Positions 30,384 to 40,549 of a stretch of 64,000 nucleotides of DNA are shown one piece after another (position 1 is the first letter of the stretch; every line of letters begins with the position of its first letter). The notes below the pieces were generated by a model. The model did no database searches. It saw nothing but the letters and a program-made list of their open reading frames with translations, and was not told the DNA's origin. Source of the DNA: an uncultured Pseudomonadota bacterium (GTDB lineage Bacteria > Pseudomonadota > Alphaproteobacteria > JACZXZ01); NCBI GenBank assembly GCA_963749075.1, contig CAVVLJ010000020.1, positions 192,001 through 256,000 of the forward strand, given 5' to 3'. Both the position numbers and the translations under genes were made by a program.

Positions 30384-31140
30384 GGCCGCGCCCCAGATAG
30401 GCGGCGACCACGGCCGGATCGGCGAGCACCGCCTCGGGCGGCCCCTCGGCGATCTTGCTGCCGTGATGCATGGCGATCGCGCGGTCGGCGAGGCGGCCCA
30501 AGAAGCCTATCTTGTGGTCGATGACGCAGAGCGTCGTGCCATGGGCGCGCAGATCGCGTAAGACCCCGTCGAGGTTCTTGATCTCGTCCTCGCCGAGGCC
30601 GGTCGCGGGCTCGTCGAGGAGGAGGAGCTCGGGCTCGCACATGAGCGCCATGGCGACGCCGAGCATCTTCTCGTTGCCGTAGGAGAGGCTCGCCGCCGGC
30701 TCGTCGCGCACCTCGGCGAGGCGGCAGAGGGAGAGCACCTTCTCGACTTGGCCGCGCAAGAAGCCGTCGTGGCGCCCCGGGCGCAGCAGCGTAGCAAAGC
30801 GGCGGAAGCCGAGCGTGCGCTTGAGCTTGAGGTGGGCCGCGATGAGCACGTGCTCGGCCACGCTCAGCTCGGCGAAGAGCTGCGGGTTCTGGAAGGTCTT
30901 GACGATGCCGAGGGCTGCGATCTCGTGGGGCCTGGCGCCGGCGAGCGAGCGCTCCTTCCACAGGAGGCGGCCGTCGCTCGGCGGGTAGATGCCGGAGATG
31001 AGGTTGAGGAGCGTCGTCTTGCCCGAGCCGTTGGGGCCGAAGACGCCGACGATCTCGCCCTCCGCGATGGCGAAGGAGACCTCGGCGACCGCGGTCAGGC
31101 CGCCGAAGCGCTTGCTCAGGCCTATTACCTCAAAGAACAT
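30376..31140 (-). CDS. Branched-chain amino acid ABC ATPase (LivG-like)
   Basis: FGGLTAV, GPNGSGKT, LSYG, LLDEP, AYLG. Confidence 0.93.
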
Positions 31141-31177
31141 GCGACCTCAAAGAACATGGGACCTCAAAGAACATGGC
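31127..31177. repeat. 3 x 17-bp tandem repeat at the livM/livG junction
   Basis: ACCTCAAAGAACATG(CG/GG/GC) three times. Confidence 0.95.
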
Positions 31178-32096
31178 GCCGCCTCGCTACGAGGCCGGCG
31201 AGACCGCGCGGCAACGCCAGGATGGCGAGGATGAGGATGAGGCCGTAGACGAGGACGCGCAGCTCGGCCGAGAAATTGATCACGTGCGGCAGTGCCGTGA
31301 GGATGAAGGCGCCGAGGATCGGCCCGCTCACCGAGCCGCGCCCGCCGAGGAGCGCCATCGCCACGATGGCGAGCGACTGCTCGATCGAGAGATAGCCGGG
31401 CTCGATGTAGCTCAGGTAGAAGGCGTAGAGGGCGCCTGCGACCGCCGCACCCGCGTTTCCCGCCAGGAAGGAGACGAGCTTGTAGCGGAAGACGTCGATG
31501 CCGAGGGTGTCGGCGAGCTCGTCGTTGAGGCGGATGGCGGCAAAGGCGCGCCCCATCCAGGAATGCACGAGACGCGTCGAGACGAAGACCGTGGCCATGA
31601 GGGCCACGAGGCTCAAGTAGTACCACATGCGCGTGCCCTCGACCGGCACCAGGCCGCCCGGCAGCCACAGCATGGGCTTCTCGGTCAGGTTGATGCCGAG
31701 CGAGCCGTTGGTGAAGCTGCTCCAGTTGAGGATGATGAGCCGCGCCATCTCGGAGAAGGCGAGCGTCACGATGGCGAAATAGAACTCCTTGAGCTTGAAG
31801 CGGAAGCAGATGGTGCCGACGGCGAGCGAGAGGACGCTCACCAGCGCCACCGCGATGAGCATGCCGATCCAGAAGGAGACGCCGAGATGCGCCATCGCGA
31901 GATGGGTGGCGTAGGCCCCGATGCCGAAGGCTGCGGCGTGGAACATGGAGAGCTGGCCGGTATAGCCGAAGATCAGGTTGAAGCTGACCGCTAGGATGCC
32001 GAGGATGAAGGTGAAGACGAGGATGGTGAGCGCCACCTCGTTGTGCAGCACGAGAGGCAATGCCAGGAGCGGCAGCCACGCAAGCGCCGCCTTCAT
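31164..32096 (-). CDS. Branched-chain amino acid ABC permease (LivM-like)
   Basis: GYTGQLS, YFAIVTLAFSE, LGGRGS. Confidence 0.92.
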   Translation of the reverse strand: MKAALAWLPLLALPLVLHNEVALTILVFTFILGILAVSFNLIFGYTGQLSMFHAAAFGIGAYATHLAMAHLGVSFWIGMLIAVALVSVLSLAVGTICFRFKLKEFYFAIVTLAFSEMARLIILNWSSFTNGSLGINLTEKPMLWLPGGLVPVEGTRMWYYLSLVALMATVFVSTRLVHSWMGRAFAAIRLNDELADTLGIDVFRYKLVSFLAGNAGAAVAGALYAFYLSYIEPGYLSIEQSLAIVAMALLGGRGSVSGPILGAFILTALPHVINFSAELRVLVYGLILILAILALPRGLAGLVARRRHVL

Positions 32097-32962
32097 CGGT
32101 TGGCCCCGAAGAGGCCCGCGGGCCGGAAGAGCAGGATGAGGACGAGGAACACGAGGCCGTAGGCGTCGCGGTAGGCCTGGGGGAAGAAGATCGAGCCGAC
32201 CGCCTCGGTGACGCCGAGCACGATGCCGCCCACGAGCGAGCCCATGACGCTGCCGATGCCGGCGAGGATCGCCGCCTCCACGCCCTTCAGGATGTAGCTC
32301 GAGCCCATCGAGACCTCGAGCGAGTAGAGGCTCGCGTAAAGGGCACCGCCCAGGCCGGCGAGTGCGGTCGAATAGACCACGACGCCGGTCTCCAAGAGGC
32401 GCGTGCGCACGCCCATGAGGAGGGCGGCCTCGGGCGCCTGGGCATAGGCGTAGGCGGCACGCCCGGCCCAGGTGCGGGTGAGTGCCGCATAGGTGGCGAG
32501 GATCACCGCGAGGAGGACGAGGAAGACCACGCCCTTCATCTTGGGCACGATGAAGAAGCCGAAATTGACGATGCCCGGCAGTACGTAGTGCATGTTCTTG
32601 GGCGTCGTGGTCCACACCATGAGGAGCACGCTCTCGATCACCGAGATGAGCCCGATCGAGACGATGAGCCCGTTGATCAGGTTGTTGCGCGTGAAGCGGA
32701 AGAGCGCCTGGTCCGCGACCAGGCCGCAGAAGGCGGTCGCCAGCACGGCGAGCGGGATCGCCGCGGGATAGGCGATGCCGAGGCCGTCGGTCAGGTACCA
32801 GCCGACGTAGGCGCCGACCGCCATGAAGGCGCCGAGCGCGAAGTTGACGATGCCGGTGATGCCGAAGGTCAGCGTGACGCCGAGTGCGATGATCCCGTAG
32901 AGCGTGCCGATGATGACGCCGTTGAGGAGCTGTCCCAAGACGAGTTGCAGCACGAGGCTCAC
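32093..32962 (-). CDS. Branched-chain amino acid ABC permease (LivH-like)
   Basis: LNGVIIGTLYGIIALGVTL...VNFA. Confidence 0.92.
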   Translation of the reverse strand: MSLVLQLVLGQLLNGVIIGTLYGIIALGVTLTFGITGIVNFALGAFMAVGAYVGWYLTDGLGIAYPAAIPLAVLATAFCGLVADQALFRFTRNNLINGLIVSIGLISVIESVLLMVWTTTPKNMHYVLPGIVNFGFFIVPKMKGVVFLVLLAVILATYAALTRTWAGRAAYAYAQAPEAALLMGVRTRLLETGVVVYSTALAGLGGALYASLYSLEVSMGSSYILKGVEAAILAGIGSVMGSLVGGIVLGVTEAVGSIFFPQAYRDAYGLVFLVLILLFRPAGLFGANR

Positions 32963-34161
32963 TTCGGCGCGAAGTGCGTGACTTCGATCTTGCCGCCCTT
33001 CTTGATGTCGACCACGTCGAAGTTGAAGACCTCCTCGCCGCTCGCGTCGAAGCGCATGTTCCACAGCCCTCGTAGGTGAAGGAGAGCAGGGCCGCCTTCA
33101 CCTTCGCCACGTCGTCGACGCGTCCCCGCCTTCTGCATCGCCTCGACCAGCATGAAGACGTGGTCGTAGCAGGAGGAGGAGCAGAGCGGCGCCTGGTCGT
33201 AGGGGAAATCGGCCGTCTTGTAGAAGGCCTTGTAGTCGGCGATGAACTTCTTGACCTTGGGCTCGCTCTTCTCCGCCTCCTCGAAGTATTTGGGGATGTA
33301 GATGATGTAGTCGTCGAGCGCCTCCTTGTTCTTGAGCCCGGGGCCGAGCGAGCCGCGCACCAGCCAGAAACGCGTCAGGCCCGACCTCGGTCGCCTGGCG
33401 CACGATGTCGTAGAGCACGGCGTCGGTGTAGCCGGGGAAGAGATAGTCGGGCTTGGAGGCCGCGATCTTGGCGAGCACGCTCGAGAAGTCGGTGGTGCCG
33501 GGCTCGAACCACTCCTCCTCGAGGGCGATGCCCTCCTTTTGGAAGAGCGGCGCGTAGATGTCGCGCGCGACGTGGCCGAAGGCGTCGTTCTGCATGAGCA
33601 TCGCCACTTTCTTGGCGCCGCGCTCCTTGAGGTTCTGCCACCATGAGCGAGCCGAAGCCGGCGGCTCCCGCGTCCCAGTTCCAGCGAGCGGATGAGATAG
33701 CCGTGCTGCGGCTTGCCGAGATCGAAGTGGATCGCCGTGGCGCCGCCGATCAGGAGGAACTTGCCGCCGAAGCCGGTGGCGTAGGGCTCGATGCCCTTGT
33801 AGATGTTGGTGAGGAAGGGCCCGAAGACGAAGCGCACCTGCTCCTCTTCCAGCATCTTCTTGAGCTCGATGAGCGCCTGCTGGGGATTGCCCTGGGTGTC
33901 GGGGTTGAGGAGCTCGAGCGTGTAGGTCTTGCCGGCGACCGCGAAGCCGCCCGCCTTGTTGATCTCGTCGACCGCCATGCGCATGCCTTGGGCCGACATC
34001 CAGCCGTAGGTGTTGAGGGGGCCGGTCTGCGCCTCGATCTCGCCGATCTTGACGGTGTTCTGTGCCTCGGCCGACGCCAGTCCCAAGCCGATGACGGCGG
34101 CAAGGCCCGCGAGCGCCGTCGCGATCCTTGCCGGCCAGTGCCGCTCTTGGAAGCACCCCAT
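32959..34161 (-). pseudogene. LivK-like substrate-binding protein with five apparent single-base indels (pseudogene or assembly errors)
   Basis: Homology to paralogue 34724-35920 is split across frames. Confidence 0.75.
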
Positions 34162-34333
34162 GTCGTCCTCCCCCGGCTGTTCGCCGTCTATTATGTCAGT
34201 GATATTTCAAGCCGGCGGCCACGCTACCATCCCGGCCCTCACCATGCAAGCGAGGGAGAAGGCGGAGGCCGTCGAGACCGGCTATGGTGGCGCGGGGCAT
34301 CGCTCGCACAAGCATCGGCAGAGGAACGGCACC

Positions 34334-34516
34334 ATGAAAGTGAAAATCTTCCGCGTCTTCGGGACACTCGAGGCGAACAATCTTGAAAGCGAGATCAACG
34401 CCTGGCTCGGCAAGCTGCCGGCCACGTCGCGCATCGTCTGGACGAATACGACATCCTGCGCCGTGGGCCAGCAAAGCCAGGCTTCCGTGATCGTTGCGAT
34501 CTGGTACGAGGGGTAA
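34334..34516 (+). CDS. Small hypothetical protein (Cse60-like pattern)
   Basis: GAGGA RBS; MKVKIF...LESEINAWL...VIVAIWYE. Confidence 0.6.
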   Translation: MKVKIFRVFGTLEANNLESEINAWLGKLPATSRIVWTNTTSCAVGQQSQASVIVAIWYEG

Positions 34517-34578
34517 GCCGCCTCAGTGGCCGACCCGGAAAGGAATGCGTTATTTTCGATGAATTGTTGGCCACCCGC

Positions 34579-34659
34579 CGTCATTCCCGCGAAGGCGGGA
34601 ATCCACGGTTGGTCCGATACCTGGCGTCAAAGATGGACCCCGCTTTCGCGGGGGTGACG
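34579..34659. repeat. REP-like inverted doublet, family D
   Basis: CGTCATTCCCGCGAAGGCGGGAATCCA ... TGGACCCCGCTTTCGCGGGGGTGACG. Confidence 0.8.
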
Positions 34660-34723
34660 AATGGCTCGTTGAAAATCAACGATCGGCTTCGAGCGAGGCT
34701 CTCGGATCGGGACGGCGCTCCCC

Positions 34724-35920
34724 TCACTTCGGCGTCACGTGGTCGACCGTGATCTTGCCGCCCTTCTTGAGATCGACGATGTCGAAGTTGAAGACCTCCT
34801 CGCCCGTCTTGTCGAAGTGGAGGGTCCAGAGGCCCGAATAGCTGAGCGAGAGGAGGGCTGCCTTCACCTTCGCCACGTCGTCGACGCTGCCGGCCTCTTT
34901 CATCGCCTCCACCAGCATGAAGACGTGGTCGTAGCAGGAGGAGGAGCAGAGCGGCGCCTGGTCGTAGGGAAACTCGGTCTTGTAGTAGGCCTTGTAGGCA
35001 GCGATGAATTGCTTGACCTTGGGCTCGCTCTTCTCGGCCTCCTCGAAATATTTCGGCACATAGACCACGTAGTCGTCGAGCGAATCCTTGTTCTTGAGGC
35101 CGGGCCCGAGCGAGCCGCGGATGAGCCAGAAGCGCGTGATGCCGAGCTCGCTCGCCTGGCGCACGATGTCGTAGAGGGCTGCGTCGGTATAGCCGGGGAA
35201 GAGGTAGTCGGGCTTGGCGGCCGCGATCTTGGCGAGCGTCGCCGAGAAGTCGGTGGTGCCCGGCTCGAACCACTCCTCGGAAAGGGCGATGCCGCTCTCC
35301 TTGAAGATCGGCGCGTAGATGTCGCGCGCCACGTGGCCGGCCGCATCGTTCTGCATCAGCATGGCGACCGTCTTGACGCCGTGCTGCTTCAAATAGTCGA
35401 CCATGAGCGAGCCGAAGCCCGAGGCGCCCGCGTCCCAGTTCCAGCTCCGCATCAGATAGCCGTGCTGAGGCTTGCCGAGGTCGAAGTGGATGCCGGTGGC
35501 GCCGCCGAGCATGAGGAACTGGCCGTCATGGGCGTTGGCATAGGCCTCGATGCCCTTGTAGACGTTGGTGAGGAACGGCCCGAAGACGAACTTGACGTGC
35601 TCCTCGTCGATCAGCTTCTTGAACTCGATGAGGCCCTGCTGCGGATTGCCCTGGGTGTCGGGATTGAGGAGCTGGAGCTTGTACGTCTTGCCGGCGACCG
35701 CGAAGCCGCCCGCCTTGTTGATCTCGTCGACCGCCATGCGCGTGCCCTGGGTGGACATCCAGCCGTAGGTGGTGAGCGCTCCGGTCTGCGCCTCGATCTC
35801 GCCGAGCTTGACGACTTCCTGCGCCGCGGCCGGCGCGGGCGCCAAGAGTGCCGCAAGCGCCGCGGCGGCAAGCGTGCCCGCGACGAAATCTCTCCACTGC
35901 CGGTGACGGCTCGACCGCAT
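34724..35920 (-). CDS. LivK-like substrate-binding protein
   Basis: Signal peptide, AVDEINKAGG, DTQGNP, DFSATLAKI. Confidence 0.9.
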   Translation of the reverse strand: MRSSRHRQWRDFVAGTLAAAALAALLAPAPAAAQEVVKLGEIEAQTGALTTYGWMSTQGTRMAVDEINKAGGFAVAGKTYKLQLLNPDTQGNPQQGLIEFKKLIDEEHVKFVFGPFLTNVYKGIEAYANAHDGQFLMLGGATGIHFDLGKPQHGYLMRSWNWDAGASGFGSLMVDYLKQHGVKTVAMLMQNDAAGHVARDIYAPIFKESGIALSEEWFEPGTTDFSATLAKIAAAKPDYLFPGYTDAALYDIVRQASELGITRFWLIRGSLGPGLKNKDSLDDYVVYVPKYFEEAEKSEPKVKQFIAAYKAYYKTEFPYDQAPLCSSSCYDHVFMLVEAMKEAGSVDDVAKVKAALLSLSYSGLWTLHFDKTGEEVFNFDIVDLKKGGKITVDHVTPK

Positions 35921-36060
35921 GGCGTCCTCCCTCAAGCGATTTTCTGTTCGCAGCGTGCTATCTTAGTGGTATCTTAGCGCGATGACAACGCTAGCACCGC
36001 CGCCTCCTCCTGGCAAGCGGCGGCGGAGTGCAACGGCGGACTGCGAGGGAGCGAGGAGCC

Positions 36061-36927
36061 ATGCCGAAGCGTCTCAGCGGGCGAGAGATCGAGCAATTCC
36101 ACGAGGAAGGCTGCATCTTCCCCATTCGCGTCATGTCGGAAGCGGAAGCGGGCGAGCTGCGCGCGCGGCTCGAGGAGTTCGAGCGGCAGACCGGCGGCCC
36201 GCTCAAGGGCGATCTGCGCCACAAGTCGCATCTCCTCTTCGCCTGGCTCGACGAGCTCGTGCACAAAAGCGACATCCTCGATGCGGTCGAGGACCTCTAC
36301 GGCCCGGACCTGCTCTGCTGGACCAGCAATTTCTTCATCAAGGAGGCGCGCAACCCGGCCTTCGTCTCCTGGCACCAGGATTCGACCTATTGGGGATTGA
36401 GCCGGCCGGACGTGGTGACCGCCTGGGTGGCCTTCACCGAGGCCACGCCCGCCAACGGCGCCATGGAATACATCCCCGGCAGCCACCAGCTCGAGCAGAT
36501 CCCGCACCGCGACACCTTCGCCAAGAACAATCTCTTAACGCGCGGCCAGGAGATCGCGGTCGAGGTCGACCGCTCGCAGCGCCGCGTCATCACGCTCCGG
36601 CCGGGCGAGATGTCGCTCCACCACGTGCGCCTGGTGCACGGCTCGCCGCCCAACCCCTCGGACGACCGCCGCATCGGCTTCGCCGTCCGCTACATCCCGA
36701 CCTCGGTCGCGCAACTAGCCGGCGAGGACAGCGCCGTCCTCGTGCGCGGCTCCGACCGCTACCGCCATTTCGAGCCCGAGCCGCGGCCGAGCCGCGATCT
36801 CGAACCCGATTTCGTGGCGCTCCACCGCCGCATCACCGAGCGCAACGCCAAGATCCTCTACCGCGGCACCGAGGTGGCGAGCTACAACGACCCCAAGGCG
36901 CTGGCCGAGCGCGGCTCCGCCGCCTGA
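36061..36927 (+). CDS. Phytanoyl-CoA dioxygenase family Fe(II)/2OG oxygenase
   Basis: FFIK, WHQDSTYW, HGSPPN..RR. Confidence 0.92.
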   Translation: MPKRLSGREIEQFHEEGCIFPIRVMSEAEAGELRARLEEFERQTGGPLKGDLRHKSHLLFAWLDELVHKSDILDAVEDLYGPDLLCWTSNFFIKEARNPAFVSWHQDSTYWGLSRPDVVTAWVAFTEATPANGAMEYIPGSHQLEQIPHRDTFAKNNLLTRGQEIAVEVDRSQRRVITLRPGEMSLHHVRLVHGSPPNPSDDRRIGFAVRYIPTSVAQLAGEDSAVLVRGSDRYRHFEPEPRPSRDLEPDFVALHRRITERNAKILYRGTEVASYNDPKALAERGSAA

Positions 36928-36962
36928 GCCTGCGCGCTTCATAGCACGCTGAGGAGAGGACG

Positions 36963-37817
36963 ATGAGCGAGCGTCAGCGCTTGACCATTCCCGATTTGAG
37001 GAAGCGCAAGGCGGCCGGCGAGCGCGTCGTCATGGCCTCGATCACCGACTACATGATGGCGCAATGGGCCGAGCGCGGCGGCGTCGACATCGTGGCCATC
37101 GGCGACAGCCTGGCGATGATCACTTACGGCCATCCGAACACCCTCGCCATGACCGTCGACCAGATGATCGAGCATACCAAGGCGGTGATCCGAGGTGCGC
37201 CCAGCACCATGTCGCTGGTCGCCATGCCCTACGGCTCCTATGCCACGCCCGAGATCGCCGTCACCAACGCGCTCCGCCTCATGAAGGAGAGCGGCGTGGA
37301 CGCGGTCAAGCTGCAGGGCGGGCGCGAGAAGTTCGCCGTCATCAGGGCGGTCGCCCAAGCGGGCGTGCCCGTCATGAGCCACGTCGGCATGTGCCCCCAT
37401 TTCGTCCACACCTACGGCGGCTTCAAGCTCCAGGGGCGCACCGCCGAGGAGGCCATGCGCATCGTCGGCGACGCGCGCGCCATCGAGGAAGCCGGCGCCG
37501 TCGGCCTCGAGATCGAGGCAGTACCCCCCGAGGTGGGCGCCGCCGTCGAGGCCGCGGTCGGCATCTTCACCTTCTCGATCGGCGCCGGCGGTGCCGGCTC
37601 AGGCCAGCTCCTCCTCGGCGCCGACCTCATCGGCGCCTTCGACAACTTCAAGCCGAAGTTCGCCAAGCGCTACGGCAACCTGGCCGAGGTGGCGACGAGC
37701 GCCTTCGCCGCCTACGTCGCGGACGTGCGCGCCAAGAGCTTCCCCGGCGACGAGCATTGCTACCGCATGAAGCCCGAGGAGGCGGCGCGCTTGAGGGAGA
37801 TGCTGGCGCGCGGGTGA
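36963..37817 (+). CDS. PanB-family hydroxymethyltransferase, divergent paralogue 2
   Basis: IGDSLAM, HVGMCP, GGFKLQGR. Confidence 0.88.
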   Translation: MSERQRLTIPDLRKRKAAGERVVMASITDYMMAQWAERGGVDIVAIGDSLAMITYGHPNTLAMTVDQMIEHTKAVIRGAPSTMSLVAMPYGSYATPEIAVTNALRLMKESGVDAVKLQGGREKFAVIRAVAQAGVPVMSHVGMCPHFVHTYGGFKLQGRTAEEAMRIVGDARAIEEAGAVGLEIEAVPPEVGAAVEAAVGIFTFSIGAGGAGSGQLLLGADLIGAFDNFKPKFAKRYGNLAEVATSAFAAYVADVRAKSFPGDEHCYRMKPEEAARLREMLARG

Positions 37818-37831
37818 GCCTCGCCGTTCTG

Positions 37832-38662
37832 TCAGACCCGGCCGTCCGGCCCCCAGGGCTGTGGCCGCGCCGAGAAGAAGCCGCCGAGGATGCGCGCTAC
37901 CTGCTCGGGCGCCTCGATGAGGATGGCGTGGCGCAGCTTGGGCAGGATGTGGAGCGTCGAATTGGCGATGCGCTCGTGCATGAGCCGCGCCATGCGCGGG
38001 CTGGAGCCGATGTCGTCCTCGCCGGTCATGACGAGCGTGGGTGCGGCGATCTCGGAGAGGCGCTCGGCGAAGTCCGTCGTCGCCAGCACGCGGTAGGCGG
38101 CGGCGTAGCATGCGGCATCGTTCGCCTTGTTGCGCTCGGCATAGTCCGCGAGCAGCGCCGGGTTGCGCGCGCGGAACTCGTCGGTGAACCAGCGCTCGAG
38201 CGAGCGGCCGAAGTGCTCGCCCGGGATGCCGCCCTCGACGATCTTGAGGCGCGCGAGCACGGCCGCCTTCTCCGCCTCACTGCGCCCGGCGGTCGTGCTC
38301 AGGAGGGCGAGCTTCTCGAGCCGCTCGGGATGCGAGAGGGCGAAGCCCTGGGCCACGAGGCCGCCGAGCGAGAAGCCGGCGAGGTGGCAGCGCCGGAAGC
38401 CGGCCGCGGCGAGGAGGGCGCTCAGATCCTCGACGAAATCGCCGATCGCGTAAGGGCCCGGCACCTTCTCCGACTCGCCGTGGCCGCGCAGGTCGTAGCG
38501 CAGGATGCGGTAGCGCCGCGCGAGCCGCGCCGCCACGCCGTCCCAAGCCTCGAGCCGGTTGCCCACGCCGTGGACGAGGACGAGCGCCCCGCCCGCCCCC
38601 TCGAGCCGGCAGCGCAAAGCGACGCCGTTGGCGCGGATCACCGTCGTGCCGTCGCTCGTCAT
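37832..38662 (-). CDS. Alpha/beta hydrolase (PcaD-like)
   Basis: HG, YDLRGHG, GFSLGG, D and H of the catalytic triad. Confidence 0.88.
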   Translation of the reverse strand: MTSDGTTVIRANGVALRCRLEGAGGALVLVHGVGNRLEAWDGVAARLARRYRILRYDLRGHGESEKVPGPYAIGDFVEDLSALLAAAGFRRCHLAGFSLGGLVAQGFALSHPERLEKLALLSTTAGRSEAEKAAVLARLKIVEGGIPGEHFGRSLERWFTDEFRARNPALLADYAERNKANDAACYAAAYRVLATTDFAERLSEIAAPTLVMTGEDDIGSSPRMARLMHERIANSTLHILPKLRHAILIEAPEQVARILGGFFSARPQPWGPDGRV

Positions 38663-38696
38663 GCCGCATCCCTCGCTACCGCCAGCACGCGTTGCT

Positions 38697-38800
38697 CACC
38701 CCCCTCCCTGCCCTCCCCCTCAAGGGGGGAGGGGAAGGAGACGAATTGGTCCGCTAATTTAACCCCCTCCCCCCTCGAGGGGGAGGGATGGGGAGGGGGG
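38697..38800. repeat. REP-like element, family A
   Basis: CTCCCCCTCAAGGGGGGAG / CTCCCCCCTCGAGGGGGAG arms. Confidence 0.82.
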
Positions 38801-38813
38801 ATCACGGAGCGCG

Positions 38814-39896
38814 TCACGGCGCTGCGCCCCCGGCACTTGCCGTCAGGCGCGCCGGCACCTCGCGGAAATGGGGCATGACCTCGGCGATGAAGAGCTCGAG
38901 CGAGCGGCGCGTCCTCTCATAGGGCAGGCCGAAGTTGGCACCGTAGCAGAACTGCTCGACGCCCGCCGCCTCGTATTGCCTGAGCTTGGCCACCACCTCT
39001 TGGGGCGTGCCGAAGACCATGCTGTCGCGCACGGCGTCCGGCCGGTAGTTGCCGCCGTCGCCGAGCCCGCCGAGATCGGCCGCGGCGGGAAAGCCGTTCT
39101 CAACGCCGCCGATGTTGCGGAAGAGCGTCTCGAAGCGGCGGCTGTGGGCGATCGAGGCCGCGACCGGGAGCCGCCAGTCCTCCGGCCGCTGGTAGACGTA
39201 AGTGCGGCGCAGCATGAGGAAGCGCGGCCGTGCCCGGCCCGGATGGCGCGCGAGCGTCTCGGCGAAGCGGCGGCCGAGAATGGCGACCTCGGCGTGCGGT
39301 CGCGCGAGCGGCGTCGCCATGATGTGGGCGCCTTGTGCCACCGCCCAATCGAAGGTGCCCTCGTCGCGCGCCGCCACCCAGATCGGCGGGTGCGGCTTCT
39401 GCAGCGGCTTCGGCACCGCGGTAGCGCTGGGAAAGGACCAGAACTCGCCGCGGTGCTCCGTGTCGCCCTGCCACAGCGCCTTCACCACCGGCAGCATCTC
39501 CTTGAGGCAGGCGACGCCCGTCTCTGGCTTCATACCGCGGGCCATGCGGTCGAACTCGTATTGGAAGGCGCCGCGCGCGATGCCGAACTCGAGGCGGCCG
39601 CCGGAGAGCACGTCGAAAAGTGCGGCTTCGCCGGCAAGCCTGATGGGATGCCAATAGGGGGCGACCACCACGGCGGTGCCGAGGCGGATGCGCTCCGTGT
39701 GCGCGGCCCAGTGGCCGAGGATGAGGAACGGGTTGGGCGCCACCGTGAGCTCGATCCCGTGATGCTCGGCCGCCCAGGCGATCTCGAAGCCGCCCGCGTC
39801 GGCGAGCCGGACGAGGGCGAGCGCCTCGGCGGCGACCTCCCGCATGTCGCGGCCGGGTGCTAAGCGCTCCATGTTGACGGAGATCGAAAACCTCAC
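38814..39896 (-). CDS. LLM-class flavin-dependent monooxygenase
   Basis: AEHH, RIRLGTAV, LSGGRLEFGIARG, PKPLQKPHPPIWVA. Confidence 0.92.
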   Translation of the reverse strand: MRFSISVNMERLAPGRDMREVAAEALALVRLADAGGFEIAWAAEHHGIELTVAPNPFLILGHWAAHTERIRLGTAVVVAPYWHPIRLAGEAALFDVLSGGRLEFGIARGAFQYEFDRMARGMKPETGVACLKEMLPVVKALWQGDTEHRGEFWSFPSATAVPKPLQKPHPPIWVAARDEGTFDWAVAQGAHIMATPLARPHAEVAILGRRFAETLARHPGRARPRFLMLRRTYVYQRPEDWRLPVAASIAHSRRFETLFRNIGGVENGFPAAADLGGLGDGGNYRPDAVRDSMVFGTPQEVVAKLRQYEAAGVEQFCYGANFGLPYERTRRSLELFIAEVMPHFREVPARLTASAGGAAP

Positions 39897-40167
39897 CGCG
39901 GCCCCCGCTCCAGCCTCGCCCGTCACGGCACGCCTGCGCATTTCCCGCTTGAGGGAGATGGCATGCGGCCCGCCGGCGCAAGACGGCCAGCGTCAGATTG
40001 CCGGCGCCAGATTAAAGGCCAGGCGGCGGCGCTGTCGACCGGCGAAACGGCGGTGCCGCGCGTTCGCCCCCCGTTCGCCTTCCCCGTTCGTCCTTGGCCG
40101 GCGCCGCACGGTTGCGCTAGGATGCGCCTGCCGTACCGGCCGTCCGGCGCACTACAGGAAGAGCCGC

Positions 40168-40365
40168 ATGCGATGCCTGCCGTATCTCGCTCTCCTTTCC
40201 CTGGTCCTCGCCGCCTGCAGCCCGACCATGATCGTGCTGCGCCAACCGGAGAGCGGCCAGATCGCCGAATGCTCGACGCAGATCCTCGTCGCGAGCGTGG
40301 TGGACCACATCGATGACTGTGCCGAGGCCTATAAGCAGAAGGGCTACGAGCAACAGATTCCGTGA
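40168..40365 (+). CDS. Small lipoprotein
   Basis: Lipobox LAAC plus two further Cys. Confidence 0.7.
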   Translation: MRCLPYLALLSLVLAACSPTMIVLRQPESGQIAECSTQILVASVVDHIDDCAEAYKQKGYEQQIP

Positions 40366-40549
40366 GCGCGGCCCGACGGCCTCGTTCTCCGCTCGAGCGC
40401 CGCAGAAGGCCATTCCGCCGCACCCCGTCTTCATGCTAGAGTGAGCTTGTTCTACTAACGAGTCACGCCTGCGAGCCGGCGATTGCTCAAGCGCGCGATG
40501 GCCTGGCGGCGCAAAGCAAGACAAGAAAAGCGCGCTTGGGAGGTCGGCC

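Noticed and set aside
40441-40466. Imperfect palindrome upstream of the lactate permease as an LldR-type operator
   Set aside because: Only a weak match to TGGTnnnACCA; cannot be supported
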